A DNA stretch of 64,000 nt, taken from an uncultured Oscillospiraceae bacterium (GTDB taxonomy: Bacteria; Bacillota; Clostridia; Peptostreptococcales; Anaerovoracaceae). Position numbers and translations under genes: made by a program. The notes under the pieces were generated by a model. It was not told where the DNA came from. It saw nothing but the letters and a program-made list of their open reading frames with translations, and made no database searches. The stretch spans positions 170 through 64,169 of the forward strand of contig CAYJHC010000001.1 in NCBI GenBank assembly GCA_964370075.1. The letters are read 5' to 3'. Numbering within the stretch: the first letter of the stretch is position 1; the number at the start of each line of letters is the position of its first letter. Positions 10,901-19,600 of this stretch are shown here, in pieces.

Positions 10901-11668
10901 GCGCAAGAATTTATAAAAGACGGGAAGGCTACAATTGATACTATTATTTCTACTAGAGATGATATTATGAATTATTTGATAATAAAGGGGTTGCCAAATA
11001 AACAGGCCTTTGATATTATGGAAAATGTTAGAAAAGGTAAAGGCTTAAAAGATCATGAGGAAGAATTAATGGTTGCTCATAATGTTCCTGATTGGTACAT
11101 AGAGTCGTGTAAGAGAATAAAGTATATGTTCCCGAGGGCCCATGCAGCAGCATATGTAGTAATGGCTTATAGAATTGCATATTTTAAAGTGTACTATCCT
11201 GCAGCTTTTTATGCTGTTTATTTAACTACTAAACTTGCAGACTTTAACTGGGAAGTGATTAAAAAGGGCATTAATGAAATTGAAGATAGAATAAATAATC
11301 TTTTAGTTAAGGGTAAGGGTATGACAAAAAAAGAGGAAGATGAGATTACTGTACTTGAAATTTGCTATGAAATGTATGCGAGAGGCTATGAATTCATGTA
11401 TCCTTCATTTCAGAATTCTTATGCGGAAAAGTTTGATGTGAGAGAGGGAAAAGTAGTTGTACCTCTTTGTGCCCTAGAGGGAATCGGTGAAAATGCAGGA
11501 AAAATTCTATTTGAAGAGAATAAAACAAAGCCATTTAGAACTGTAGATGATGTTAAAACAAGAGGCAAGGCGAATAAAGTTGCTATCGAGGCTATGAGGG
11601 AAAATGAAATGCTTAAAGGTTTGCCTGAAGCGGATCAGATTTCGTTTTTTGAATTAATGGGAGTATAA
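7967..11668 (+). CDS. polC: DNA polymerase III alpha subunit, PolC type, lacking the inserted DEDDh 3'-5' exonuclease domain (1233 aa)
   Basis: PolC N-domain and OB fold. PHP motifs VELHAHT, ITDHG, IYGLE, NHIIILAKN, GTACEAG, ATCDTHY. Zn module CPQC..CPEC. Palm motifs GSRGSVGSSF and PDIDLNF. The position after rseP-ispG is typical. Only 24 codons lie where the ~200-aa exonuclease normally sits. Confidence 0.9.
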   Translation: MNEIFNQYLKDGYKYKIDRAVISKDRKSLTIEITLNFILTEKELNEIKGKIIEKSGVEKVILSLNCEDVEMCSKDIVSKMFPTVITKLPLHIEGMLKSVKKEDLVIDENKVVVHVMGESVANMLNSQAKHELKKEYKDIIQIDLDFDFVHHEEKFGNLKSLIDEKNPDPIRQSQSKPVANKPVTKEKSEKKEGYGRKRKAKSFFTEISSAKAVLPIKEIHEPQKEIVIEGTLFKKSSFLTKIGSHLLSLYITDGNSSIMAKAFLKEEFFDEFKEKVKEGDSLKLTGDIEWDNWDRTYVIMAKGIMKTEGKSREDNASVKRVELHAHTKMSSLDGLNDVDTLISTAKKWGHEAIAITDHGVVQAFPDAYHCAKGIKVIYGLEGYLLDDKDRIMEDGTIDYKKHPTNHIIILAKNEIGIKNIYKLVSTSHIDYFYKKPRIPKSILTKYREGLILGTACEAGELYQAILNKKSEEEIKEIADYYDYLEIQPLTNNYFMIRKNIVESEEELIRINKKIVRLGEELGKPVVATCDTHYTNKEDGKYRDVIMAGQGYKDVEDSSDLYLRTTEEMLEEFSYLGEDKAYEVVVTNTNFISQMIENVSPLKKGKFPPKIEGDKEELRETCERTAKEIYGEPLPELISERLERELNSIISNGYAVMYISAKKLVDKSMEDGYLVGSRGSVGSSFAATMSGITEVNPLPPHYICPQCKYLEWGDEEKYECGVDLPQKNCPECGALLKQDGFSIRFETFLGFEGDKEPDIDLNFAGEYQAKAHKYVEEIFGPENVYKAGTIGTIAEKTAFGFAKKYFEERGIQENKVELERLTLGCLKVKRTTGQHPGGIIIVPRGREIYEFCPINYPANKSEDNIITTHFDYHSIDSNLLKLDILGHDAPSMIRWLELLTGVAPDQVPLSDEKVASLFLGTEGLDIKINNYKFTHGSYGIPEFGTKFVRQMLDDTKPKNLGDLIRISGLSHGTDVWINNAQEFIKDGKATIDTIISTRDDIMNYLIIKGLPNKQAFDIMENVRKGKGLKDHEEELMVAHNVPDWYIESCKRIKYMFPRAHAAAYVVMAYRIAYFKVYYPAAFYAVYLTTKLADFNWEVIKKGINEIEDRINNLLVKGKGMTKKEEDEITVLEICYEMYARGYEFMYPSFQNSYAEKFDVREGKVVVPLCALEGIGENAGKILFEENKTKPFRTVDDVKTRGKANKVAIEAMRENEMLKGLPEADQISFFELMGV

Positions 11669-11701
11669 CAGAAAGAATGTGTTGTAAGTAAGGAGGAAAA
11701 A

Positions 11702-12175
11702 ATGTTTAGAGAAGTAAGAAGAAGTGAAAGAGAACTTTCAAGAAAAGAATCAGAAGGAATATTAGAAAATGCGTCTTTTGGAACCCTAGCAGTAAATGGA
11801 GATGATGGATATCCTTATGCGATTCCAATAAGTTATGTATTTGTTGATGATAAAATATATTTTCACGGAGCAAACGCAGGCTATAAATATGAGGCATTAA
11901 AGAAGAATAACAAGGTAAGTTTTACTGCAGTAACTAAGGACAGTGTGGATCCTGCTGCATTTACTACAAAGTATGCAAGTGTAGTACTGTTTGGCAAAGT
12001 AAATATTTTAGAGGGCGGTGAAGAGTTTATTGAGGCAGGGATGAAGATTGCAAGAAAGTATTCTCCGGATCACTTAGAAGGTGCTATGAAATACATAAAC
12101 GCTTCTTCTGGTGGATTTGCGGTTTATGAAATTGAAATTGACCATATGTCAGGTAAGAGTAATGAAAAGAGATAA
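11702..12175 (+). CDS. Pyridoxamine 5'-phosphate oxidase-fold flavoprotein (NimA-like / Pyridox_ox_2 family)
   Basis: N-terminal MxRxxRRxERE..., GTLAV...GYPYxIPISYV and IYFHGA pattern typical of the nitroimidazole-reductase-like split-barrel family. Confidence 0.7.
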   Translation: MFREVRRSERELSRKESEGILENASFGTLAVNGDDGYPYAIPISYVFVDDKIYFHGANAGYKYEALKKNNKVSFTAVTKDSVDPAAFTTKYASVVLFGKVNILEGGEEFIEAGMKIARKYSPDHLEGAMKYINASSGGFAVYEIEIDHMSGKSNEKR

Positions 12176-12195
12176 AATATAACTGAAATTGATTT

Positions 12196-12232
12196 AAATA
12201 GCCAAGTTATCGATACGATTACTTGGCTATTT
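12196..12232. terminator. Bidirectional hairpin between convergent genes
   Basis: 12-bp perfect stem AAATAGCCAAGT / ACTTGGCTATTT with a 13-nt loop, flanked by T/A runs on both strands. Confidence 0.7.
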
Positions 12233-12281
12233 GTTTAAGATTAAAAGTTATAGGGCGAGTTTTTGCTAAAGCAATAAGGAA

Positions 12282-13583
12282 TTACTTATTAGTTAAGGAA
12301 GCTTTTAGTTTGTTTTTGTTCTTATACATTTCCTTGTCAACTTTTGAGAAAAAAGTTTCGAATTCTTGTTTAGTGATTCCTTCAAATCGACCATAACTCC
12401 ATGCAATTGAGAATTCGTATACGGCTCTTTCATTAAAATTCTTGATTTCTTCAGCCAATGTAGCTAGGTTAGAACTGATAAGTTCGTCTGTACAAGAAAC
12501 AGTATCTGTAAGAAGAGAAACAAATTCATCGCCACCTACTCTGTAGGTTTTACCATATGGTGAAAATAATTCGTTAATTCGTGCATAGGCAGTCTTTATT
12601 GCAAAATCTCCTTCGATATGTCCGTATTTATCATTAATCGTTTTTAGGTTGTTCATATCAAAAATAATGCACCAAAATGATTGGTTCTTATTCTTTTCAC
12701 TGTCACTAAAAAATTCATAAATGTCTTCGTGGTATGCATTTGAATTATAGCCACCCGTTAAGGTATCTTTAAAAGTATATTCAAGTAGGGTAGACTTCAT
12801 TTGATCAACTACTACTGCAATGTGTCCAACTTCATCTTTAGTAAAAAGATGCTCTGGAATTGGGCTTTTAAGGTTGCCTTTAGAAATGGAATTAACAGCA
12901 GCCTCAAGTTCTACTAGGTTTTTACTCATGCTTTTGGCAAATGAATTTAGGAAGGCCAGTAAAAATAGTCCTGCTACAATTATAGAAATTATTACTAGAG
13001 CTAATACCATATAAACAATTTCCTCGTTACGATACAATACTTCTTCCATTAAAGCTTTTTCTGCATTCAAAAATTTATCAATACTATCAAAGAATTGGTT
13101 GGCTATAGGGGTTACTCGAGTAAGAGCTTCTAAGGCTACATCAAAATCTCCGCCTTCAAGGTGTACATCAGCAGACTCTATCATACTTGCTTTATATTTG
13201 TCTTTTTCTATAATTATGCTACTAAACTCCGTAGCCTTCGCACCATCTAGTCTAACAAGAAAATTGTCCATTTGGGAATCCAAAGATTCGAATTCGGCAA
13301 GATAATCATCATATAATTCTCTACTTTTGTCTAAATCAGCCTCTAATAAAATATCTCTACCAAGAACCCTACAGGCATACATTGTCGTTACTATATTATT
13401 TAATAGTTCTGTATTTTTTACGTTTTCTGTAAAAACTTGCTGAGAAAGATTATTTACACTGCTTACTGATATTACAGAAATTAAACCTATGATAAGAATC
13501 ATAAATGTTGCAAAGATTCTTGTGGGGAAAAATTTCTTTTTAATTGGTGCATTTTCTAGCCAAGTCCTATATTTTGAGTTCAT
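12282..13583 (-). CDS. Membrane-bound diguanylate cyclase (periplasmic helical sensor + HAMP + GGDEF)
   Basis: Two TM segments flank a ~150-aa helical extracytoplasmic domain. A HAMP-like linker follows, then a C-terminal GGDEF domain with intact RVGGDEF. No RxxD I-site is seen just upstream of GGDEF. Confidence 0.85.
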   Translation of the reverse strand: MNSKYRTWLENAPIKKKFFPTRIFATFMILIIGLISVISVSSVNNLSQQVFTENVKNTELLNNIVTTMYACRVLGRDILLEADLDKSRELYDDYLAEFESLDSQMDNFLVRLDGAKATEFSSIIIEKDKYKASMIESADVHLEGGDFDVALEALTRVTPIANQFFDSIDKFLNAEKALMEEVLYRNEEIVYMVLALVIISIIVAGLFLLAFLNSFAKSMSKNLVELEAAVNSISKGNLKSPIPEHLFTKDEVGHIAVVVDQMKSTLLEYTFKDTLTGGYNSNAYHEDIYEFFSDSEKNKNQSFWCIIFDMNNLKTINDKYGHIEGDFAIKTAYARINELFSPYGKTYRVGGDEFVSLLTDTVSCTDELISSNLATLAEEIKNFNERAVYEFSIAWSYGRFEGITKQEFETFFSKVDKEMYKNKNKLKASLTNK

Positions 13584-13675
13584 TTTAATTCCTTTTTATA
13601 CTCTATAATTTCCTGAATAAGATTACTCTTTAGTATAACATAAAAGTATGAAAATAAGTAATTTTTATTGAATGA

Positions 13676-14785
13676 TTATTTCAAATTATCAGGATTTAGT
13701 GATAATAGTTGATCCACTACAAATATCCCATCTTTCCTTATTAAAACATCGTCAAACCAAATTTCACCACCGCCATACTCAGGTCTTTGAATCATTACTA
13801 AATCCCAGTGTATAGCAGATTTGTTTCCGTTAAAAGCGTCCTCGTATGAAGAACCAGGAGTTAGATGGAAACTTCCAGCGATTTTTTCGTCAAATAAGGT
13901 GTCTTTCATAGGGTTTAGAATAAATGGATTTACGCCAATAGCAAACTCACCAAAGTATCTAGCACTTTCATCAGTATCTAATAATTCGTTGATTCTAGCA
14001 GTATTGTTGGCTGTAGCATCAACAATCTTTCCATCTTTGATTTCAAACACTATATTTTCAAAAGTAAAACCTTGTTCCTCAGAAGGTGTGTTGTAAGAAA
14101 TAGTTCCATTCATTGAATTTCTTACAGGAGCAGTGTAGACTTCTCCGTCAGGGATGTTTCTTTCACCATCGCATTTGCGAGCAGGAATATCTTTTATTGA
14201 AAATGTTAAATCTGTCCCTGGTCCTTTTATCCTAACCTTATCTGTTTTATTCATTAGATCTACTAGAGAGTCCATTGCCAGACTCATTTTTTTATAGTCT
14301 AAGGTGCAAACATTAAAATAAAAATCTTCAAAGGCTTCTTGGCTAGTCCCTGCCATTTGAGCCATAGAAGGAGATGGGTATCTAAGTACTACCCACTTTG
14401 TTTTGTTGACCCTATAATCTAAGACAGGCCTAAGGCCTTTGCTATATAAATTTAGTTTCTCACTAGGAACATCTGCAAGCTCTGAAGAATTGGCGCCGCC
14501 CCTGATTGCAATATATGCATCCATTCCTTCCATTTGATTAAGCTGCCACTGATTCATTGAACTGATTTGATTTTCATCACAACCAAGGAGGAGTTCTCTA
14601 GTTATTTGAGAATCTCTTATTTCTACAAAAGGAACGCAGCCTAAGGCATAGACGTCTTTGATTAACTGTCTGATTAGAGGCTTGGTTTCATTTCCTTCGT
14701 AGCTAATTAGTACTTTTTCACCTTTTTTTAAAGCAACGGAATATTCCGTTAAAAGTTTAGATAATTTTAATATTCTGTTTTCCAT
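13676..14785 (-). CDS. ampS: Aminopeptidase, M29 (AmpS/PepS/aminopeptidase T) family
   Basis: The length (369 aa) and sequence pattern (LxKLxxLLxxYSVxxKKGEKVLI, EFAIGxNP, HxDLV) match thermophilic-metalloprotease M29 enzymes. Confidence 0.8.
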   Translation of the reverse strand: MENRILKLSKLLTEYSVALKKGEKVLISYEGNETKPLIRQLIKDVYALGCVPFVEIRDSQITRELLLGCDENQISSMNQWQLNQMEGMDAYIAIRGGANSSELADVPSEKLNLYSKGLRPVLDYRVNKTKWVVLRYPSPSMAQMAGTSQEAFEDFYFNVCTLDYKKMSLAMDSLVDLMNKTDKVRIKGPGTDLTFSIKDIPARKCDGERNIPDGEVYTAPVRNSMNGTISYNTPSEEQGFTFENIVFEIKDGKIVDATANNTARINELLDTDESARYFGEFAIGVNPFILNPMKDTLFDEKIAGSFHLTPGSSYEDAFNGNKSAIHWDLVMIQRPEYGGGEIWFDDVLIRKDGIFVVDQLLSLNPDNLK

Positions 14786-14824
14786 ATTTTTTTTTTTGAT
14801 TTAAATTAAAAATCAAAATCTTCC
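14786..14824 (-). promoter_or_regulatory. Unusual ampS translation-initiation region (A11 tract, hairpin between SD-like AAGGAAG and ATG)
   Basis: The minus strand reads AAGGAAGA-[TTTTGATTT-TTAATTT-AAATCAAAA]-AAAAAAAT-ATG. No SD lies within 30 nt of the ATG unless the 9-bp hairpin forms. Confidence 0.3.
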
Positions 14825-15228
14825 TTTCTTATATTATTTGATAAATTAGCAATTCTAACTTGTTAATTATACATTTTATAGGTGATAAAATAAAGGCGGT
14901 TGAATGAAATTTGCGAAAAATTTGTGAGAATAAAGAAATAATCGGATGTGATTTTGTAAATAAATAAAGGTGCGTAGAAATTCTGTATTCTAATTTTATT
15001 GAGAAGCAACTTAATAAATGGTAAAATATAGTTATACAATAAGAATAGAGATAAACTTAAAGAAAGTATTAAACTTAGAAGAAGTAAATAGTAGAGTATG
15101 ATTACTTAAGAAAAATCTGTAAAACAGGTCATGGACATAGAATTATATAAATGATTAGATGGAAAAGGAGAATTTAATAATACATAAATATTTAGTAATT
15201 TGAGGGTATAAGACAGGAGGGGAGATTT

Positions 15229-15891
15229 ATAAAAATTAATAATACCAGTTGGAAGCAACTTTTAGAAGTAGAAATAAAAAAACCGTATTTTTTAGAATTA
15301 AGTATATTTCTAGAGAAGGAGTATAAGAATAACAATGTGTTTCCTCCAATTGACCAGGTATTCAATGCGTTTGAAATGACTAGCTATGATAAGATAAATG
15401 TTGTTATTTTGGGACAAGATCCCTATCATAAGTTTGGACAAGCAAATGGATTAAGCTTTTCAGTTAACCCTGGGGTTAAAGTGCCTCCATCTCTTAATAA
15501 TATATATAAAGAAATGTGCCAGGACCTGAAGGTAAGTAAGCCTAAAAGTGGATGTCTTGATAAATGGGCAAGAAATGGAGTGTTTCTATTAAATGGAATT
15601 TTAACTGTGAGAGAAGGTGAGCCAAATTCCCATAAGGGCATAGGGTGGGAAAGGTTCACAGACAAAGTAATAGAGATGCTTAATGAAAGGGAAGCTCCAA
15701 TGGTATTTATTTTGTGGGGAGCTAAGGCAAAGGAGAAAGAGAAGCTTATTACAAATAAAAACCATTTAGTATTAAAGGGCGCGCACCCAAGTCCTTTATC
15801 TGCCAATAGTGGGTTTTTTGGAGGGAATTATTTTACAAATGCAAAAGTCTTTTTAGAGCAAAAGGGTAGAACAATAAATTGGGATTTGTAA
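15229..15891 (+). CDS. ung: Uracil-DNA glycosylase (family 1), apparently with a non-canonical AUA (or AUU 15235) start
   Basis: GQDPYH and HPSPLSA catalytic motifs. The conserved UNG N-terminus (SWKQLLEVEIKKPYFLEL..EY) is encoded upstream of the first canonical start (GTG 15337). AGGAGG at 15215-15220 lies 8 nt before ATA 15229. Confidence 0.85.
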   Translation: MKINNTSWKQLLEVEIKKPYFLELSIFLEKEYKNNNVFPPIDQVFNAFEMTSYDKINVVILGQDPYHKFGQANGLSFSVNPGVKVPPSLNNIYKEMCQDLKVSKPKSGCLDKWARNGVFLLNGILTVREGEPNSHKGIGWERFTDKVIEMLNEREAPMVFILWGAKAKEKEKLITNKNHLVLKGAHPSPLSANSGFFGGNYFTNAKVFLEQKGRTINWDL

Positions 15892-16031
15892 ATGTAAGTT
15901 AGAATATTTGGAATATTAAAATAGAGTACAATCAGCAAGAAGAACATGAATTTAGTGCAGTGGCTGATTATATAAGGCTATTACAATAATAAGAACAAAT
16001 TTGTTTGATTAGTAAAATTAGGAGGTTAATT

Positions 16032-16208
16032 ATGGGGAAGTCGCTTATTGGTAAAATGATTGCATATTGGATTTTTTTGCTTGGGGGAGTATTTGTAGTG
16101 AGAGTTATATTGCAAATTACTGCACCGGCTACATATATTGTATTTTTCGTGCTAATGACTATTATTTACTGGGCTTTCGCTTTATTTAATGATAAAAGAA
16201 GAGGTTAA
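16032..16208 (+). CDS. Small two-TM membrane protein, unknown function (58 aa)
   Basis: GGAGG at 16021-16025 lies 6 nt before ATG 16032. Two hydrophobic helices are present. The gene abuts the next ORF. Confidence 0.5.
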   Translation: MGKSLIGKMIAYWIFLLGGVFVVRVILQITAPATYIVFFVLMTIIYWAFALFNDKRRG

Positions 16209-16209
16209 A

Positions 16210-16524
16210 ATGAAAGAGAAAGATTTAAATGAAAAAGAACTAATTGAAACAAAATTAGAAGATAATTCTGAGCACCATAAGTTTTTTAGCAATGTAAAGT
16301 GTAAGTGGTTTCCTTGTCATAATGTGAAATGGAAAGATGACTTTAATTGTTTATTCTGTTTTTGTCCTCTTTATGCACTGGGGGAAGGCTGTGGAGGCAA
16401 TCCTAAGTTTTTAGATAATGGGGTTAAAGATTGTAGTCAATGCTTATTACCGCATAAAAGAAGTGGGTATGATTTTATTATGAATAAGTTTGACGAGATT
16501 TCAGAACTTGCAAAGAAAAAATAA
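16210..16524 (+). CDS. Cysteine-rich small domain protein (putative metal-binding, uncharacterised)
   Basis: CKWFPCH...CLFCFCPLY...GCGG...CSQCLLPH pattern. ATG 16210 follows an AAGAGG SD. The track ORF starts 21 nt earlier. Confidence 0.6.
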   Translation: MKEKDLNEKELIETKLEDNSEHHKFFSNVKCKWFPCHNVKWKDDFNCLFCFCPLYALGEGCGGNPKFLDNGVKDCSQCLLPHKRSGYDFIMNKFDEISELAKKK

Positions 16525-16614
16525 AAAGCAACAATTTTAAAATAAGCATAACAAAAGTTTAAAGAAAGGAGAGTATTGATATATTTCGTGATAAATATAT
16601 CGTACAAGGAATAT

Positions 16615-19600
16615 ATGGCGTTTACTCACCTACATCTTCATTCAGAATATAGTTTGCTAGATGGAGCTGCAAGGATAAAAGATGTAGTTTCAAGAGCAAA
16701 AGAACTAGGAATGACAGCTATTGGAATTACCGATCATGGAAATATGTTTGGGGTAATAAATTTTTATCAGGAGTGCAGAACCCAAAAAATCAAACCGATT
16801 TTAGGCTGTGAAGTATATACCGCAAGACGGGATAGGTTTTCAAAGGACGCTGCAAGAGATGGCACTCAGGGCCATTTAGTTTTGCTTGCCTATAACAATA
16901 TAGGCTATAAAAATCTAATGAAAATAGTTTCCGCTGGATTCTTAGAAGGGTTTTACTATAAACCTAGGGTTGACAAAGAACTTTTGAGAGAAAATAGTGA
17001 AGGAATAATAGCACTTTCAGCCTGCCTTGCTGGAGATATTACCTCTAAATTGCTTTATGGGGACTATGCAGGAGCAAAAAAAGAAGCAATAGAGTTGATT
17101 GAAATTTTTGGAAAAGAAAACTTTTTTATTGAGATTCAAGATCATGGATTAGAGGAACAGGCCCTTACAAATCCAGAGCTAATAAAGCTTAGTAAAGAAT
17201 TAGGCGTAGGATTAGTTGCTACTAATGATGTGCATTATGTAAAAAAAGAAGATGCAGAGGCACAAGATCTTTTATTATGCATTCAAACTGCAAAGACTAT
17301 AGATGATGCGGATCGGATGAGATTTCCAAATGATGAGTTTTATCTCAAGTCTGAAGATGAAATGAGAAAATTGTTTATAAATATTCCAGAAGCTTGTGAT
17401 AACACAGCTTTAATTGCGGACAGGTGCAATGTGGAAATTGATTTTAAATCTCTCCACCTACCAGACTTTCAAAGCCCTGAAGGTTATAGTAATAATGAAT
17501 ATTTAAGAAAACTTTGTGGCCAAGGACTAAGTGAAAGATACTTTTTAAATCAGCAGGTTTCTGATGAAAGAAAAGACTTTTTAGAAGAAAGACTAGAAAT
17601 GGAACTTTCTGTAATTGAAAAGATGGGATATGTAGAGTACTTTCTAGTTGTATGGGATTTTATAGATTATGCAAAGAAAAATGGAATAATGGTAGGAACT
17701 GGCAGAGGCTCAGCTGCGGGGAGTATTGTATCTTATGTGCTGAAAATTACCGATATTGACCCTATAGAGTATAACCTGATATTTGAAAGATTTTTAAATC
17801 CTGAAAGAGTAAGCATGCCAGATATAGATATAGATTTTTGTATCGAAAGAAGGCAAGAGGTAATCGATTATGTAAAAGGCAAATATGGCGAGGATAAGGT
17901 CGCTTTGATAATTACTTTTGGTACACTAGCTGCAAGAGCTGGAATTAGGGATGTTGGTCGCGCATTAAATATTAGCTATGCTGAAGTTGATGCTGTAGCG
18001 AAGGCAGTTCCAGAGGCTCCTGGTATGACAATAGGTAAAGCTCTGGCAATGAGCCCTGACCTTAAGAAAAAATATGATTATGAAGAGAATGCTAGAAAGA
18101 TGATTGATCTTGCACTAGCCCTTGAAGGGATCCCCAAAAACTCTTCAACACATGCAGCTGGAGTAGTAATTTCCAAAGAGCCAATAAGTGAATATGTTCC
18201 TCTCTATAATGGTGGAAAGGGCACAGCAACACAATTTACTATGAGTACAATTGAAGAGTTAGGCCTTCTTAAAATGGACTTTTTAGGCCTTAGAAACCTA
18301 ACTATAATTAGAAATACAATTGAGTTAGTTGAAAAATCACAAGGAAAAAAAATTGACTTAGAGAATCTTGAACTAAATGATTCAGAAACATATAAGACTA
18401 TTTCTGATGGAAACACACAAGGGATATTCCAACTAGAAAGTCAGGGGATGACTCAATTTATGAAAAATCTAAAGCCTAATTGTATTGAAGATATAATAGC
18501 AGGGATTTCTCTTTATCGGCCCGGTCCTATGGACTATATTCCTTCCTACATTGAGAATAAAAAAAATCCAGAAGGAATAAGATACTTGCACGAAAGCCTT
18601 AAACCTATTTTAGAGGTTACCTATGGATGTATAGTTTACCAGGAACAGGTTATGCAGATAGTTCGAGAGCTAGCTGGATACTCTTATGGGCGCTCTGATT
18701 TAATGAGAAGAGCCATGGGAAAGAAAAAAATGGATGTAATGCTCAAAGAAAAAGAAAACTTTATTTTTGGACTTCCAGAAGAAGGAGTAGATGGTTGTGT
18801 TAAGCGAGGCGTTCCAAAGCATATAGCAGAAGAAATATTTAACAATATGGTTTCATTTGCTGAATACGCTTTTAATAAATCTCATGCTGCGGCATATGCA
18901 GTAATTGGGTACCAAACTGCATATTTAAAAACTCATTATCCGTGTGAATTTATGGCTGCATTAATGACTAGTGTAATGGGGAGACCTGAAAAAGTTGCTA
19001 TGTATATTAGAAATGCTAAAGAAATGGGGATTGAAGTTTTGCCTCCTGATGTAAATGAAAGTGAACTCGGATTTTCAGCAAAAAATGGAAAAATTCGATT
19101 TGGTCTTAAAGGTATAAAAGGCGTTGGAGAAAACAGTATTATCTCTATAATTGAAAAAAGGAATAAAGATGGTAGATCTAAGGACTTAGCTCAATTTATT
19201 AGTAATTTAGACACTAAGACTACTAATAAAAAAAGCCTTGAAAGCTTAATAAAAGCAGGAGCTTTAGATTCATTAAACCCAAATAGAGCTCAAAGTCTTG
19301 TAGTATACGAAAAATTATTAGAGTCTGCACAAAATGTAAATAAAAAGAATGTTGAAGGCCAGATTTCCATGTTTCAGTTAAACAGCGATGTTATGGAAGA
19401 TGTTTCAGCAAGCGTAAATATGCCCGATATTTCACCATTTACAGACCAGATTTTAGGGCTGATGGAAAAAGAAATGACAGGAATTTATATTACAGCACAT
19501 CCTTTAGACAAATATAAAGAAGAGATGAATAACTTGGCTACATTATATGCAGAAGATATAATGGATAACCTAGATGATGAAGAGACAGTAGAGAATGAGA

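Noticed and set aside
7967-11668. polC as a frameshifted or truncated pseudogene.
   Set aside because: It is a single uninterrupted 1233-codon frame, with all non-exonuclease PolC motifs in order and in frame on both sides of the missing insert. It looks like a clean domain absence rather than decay.
14825-15198. Small ORFs or ncRNA in the long AT-rich divergent ampS/ung intergenic region.
   Set aside because: Only very short ORFs (fewer than 10 codons) without an SD are present. I could see no convincing conserved-looking structure or terminator, so it is most simply two divergent promoter regions.
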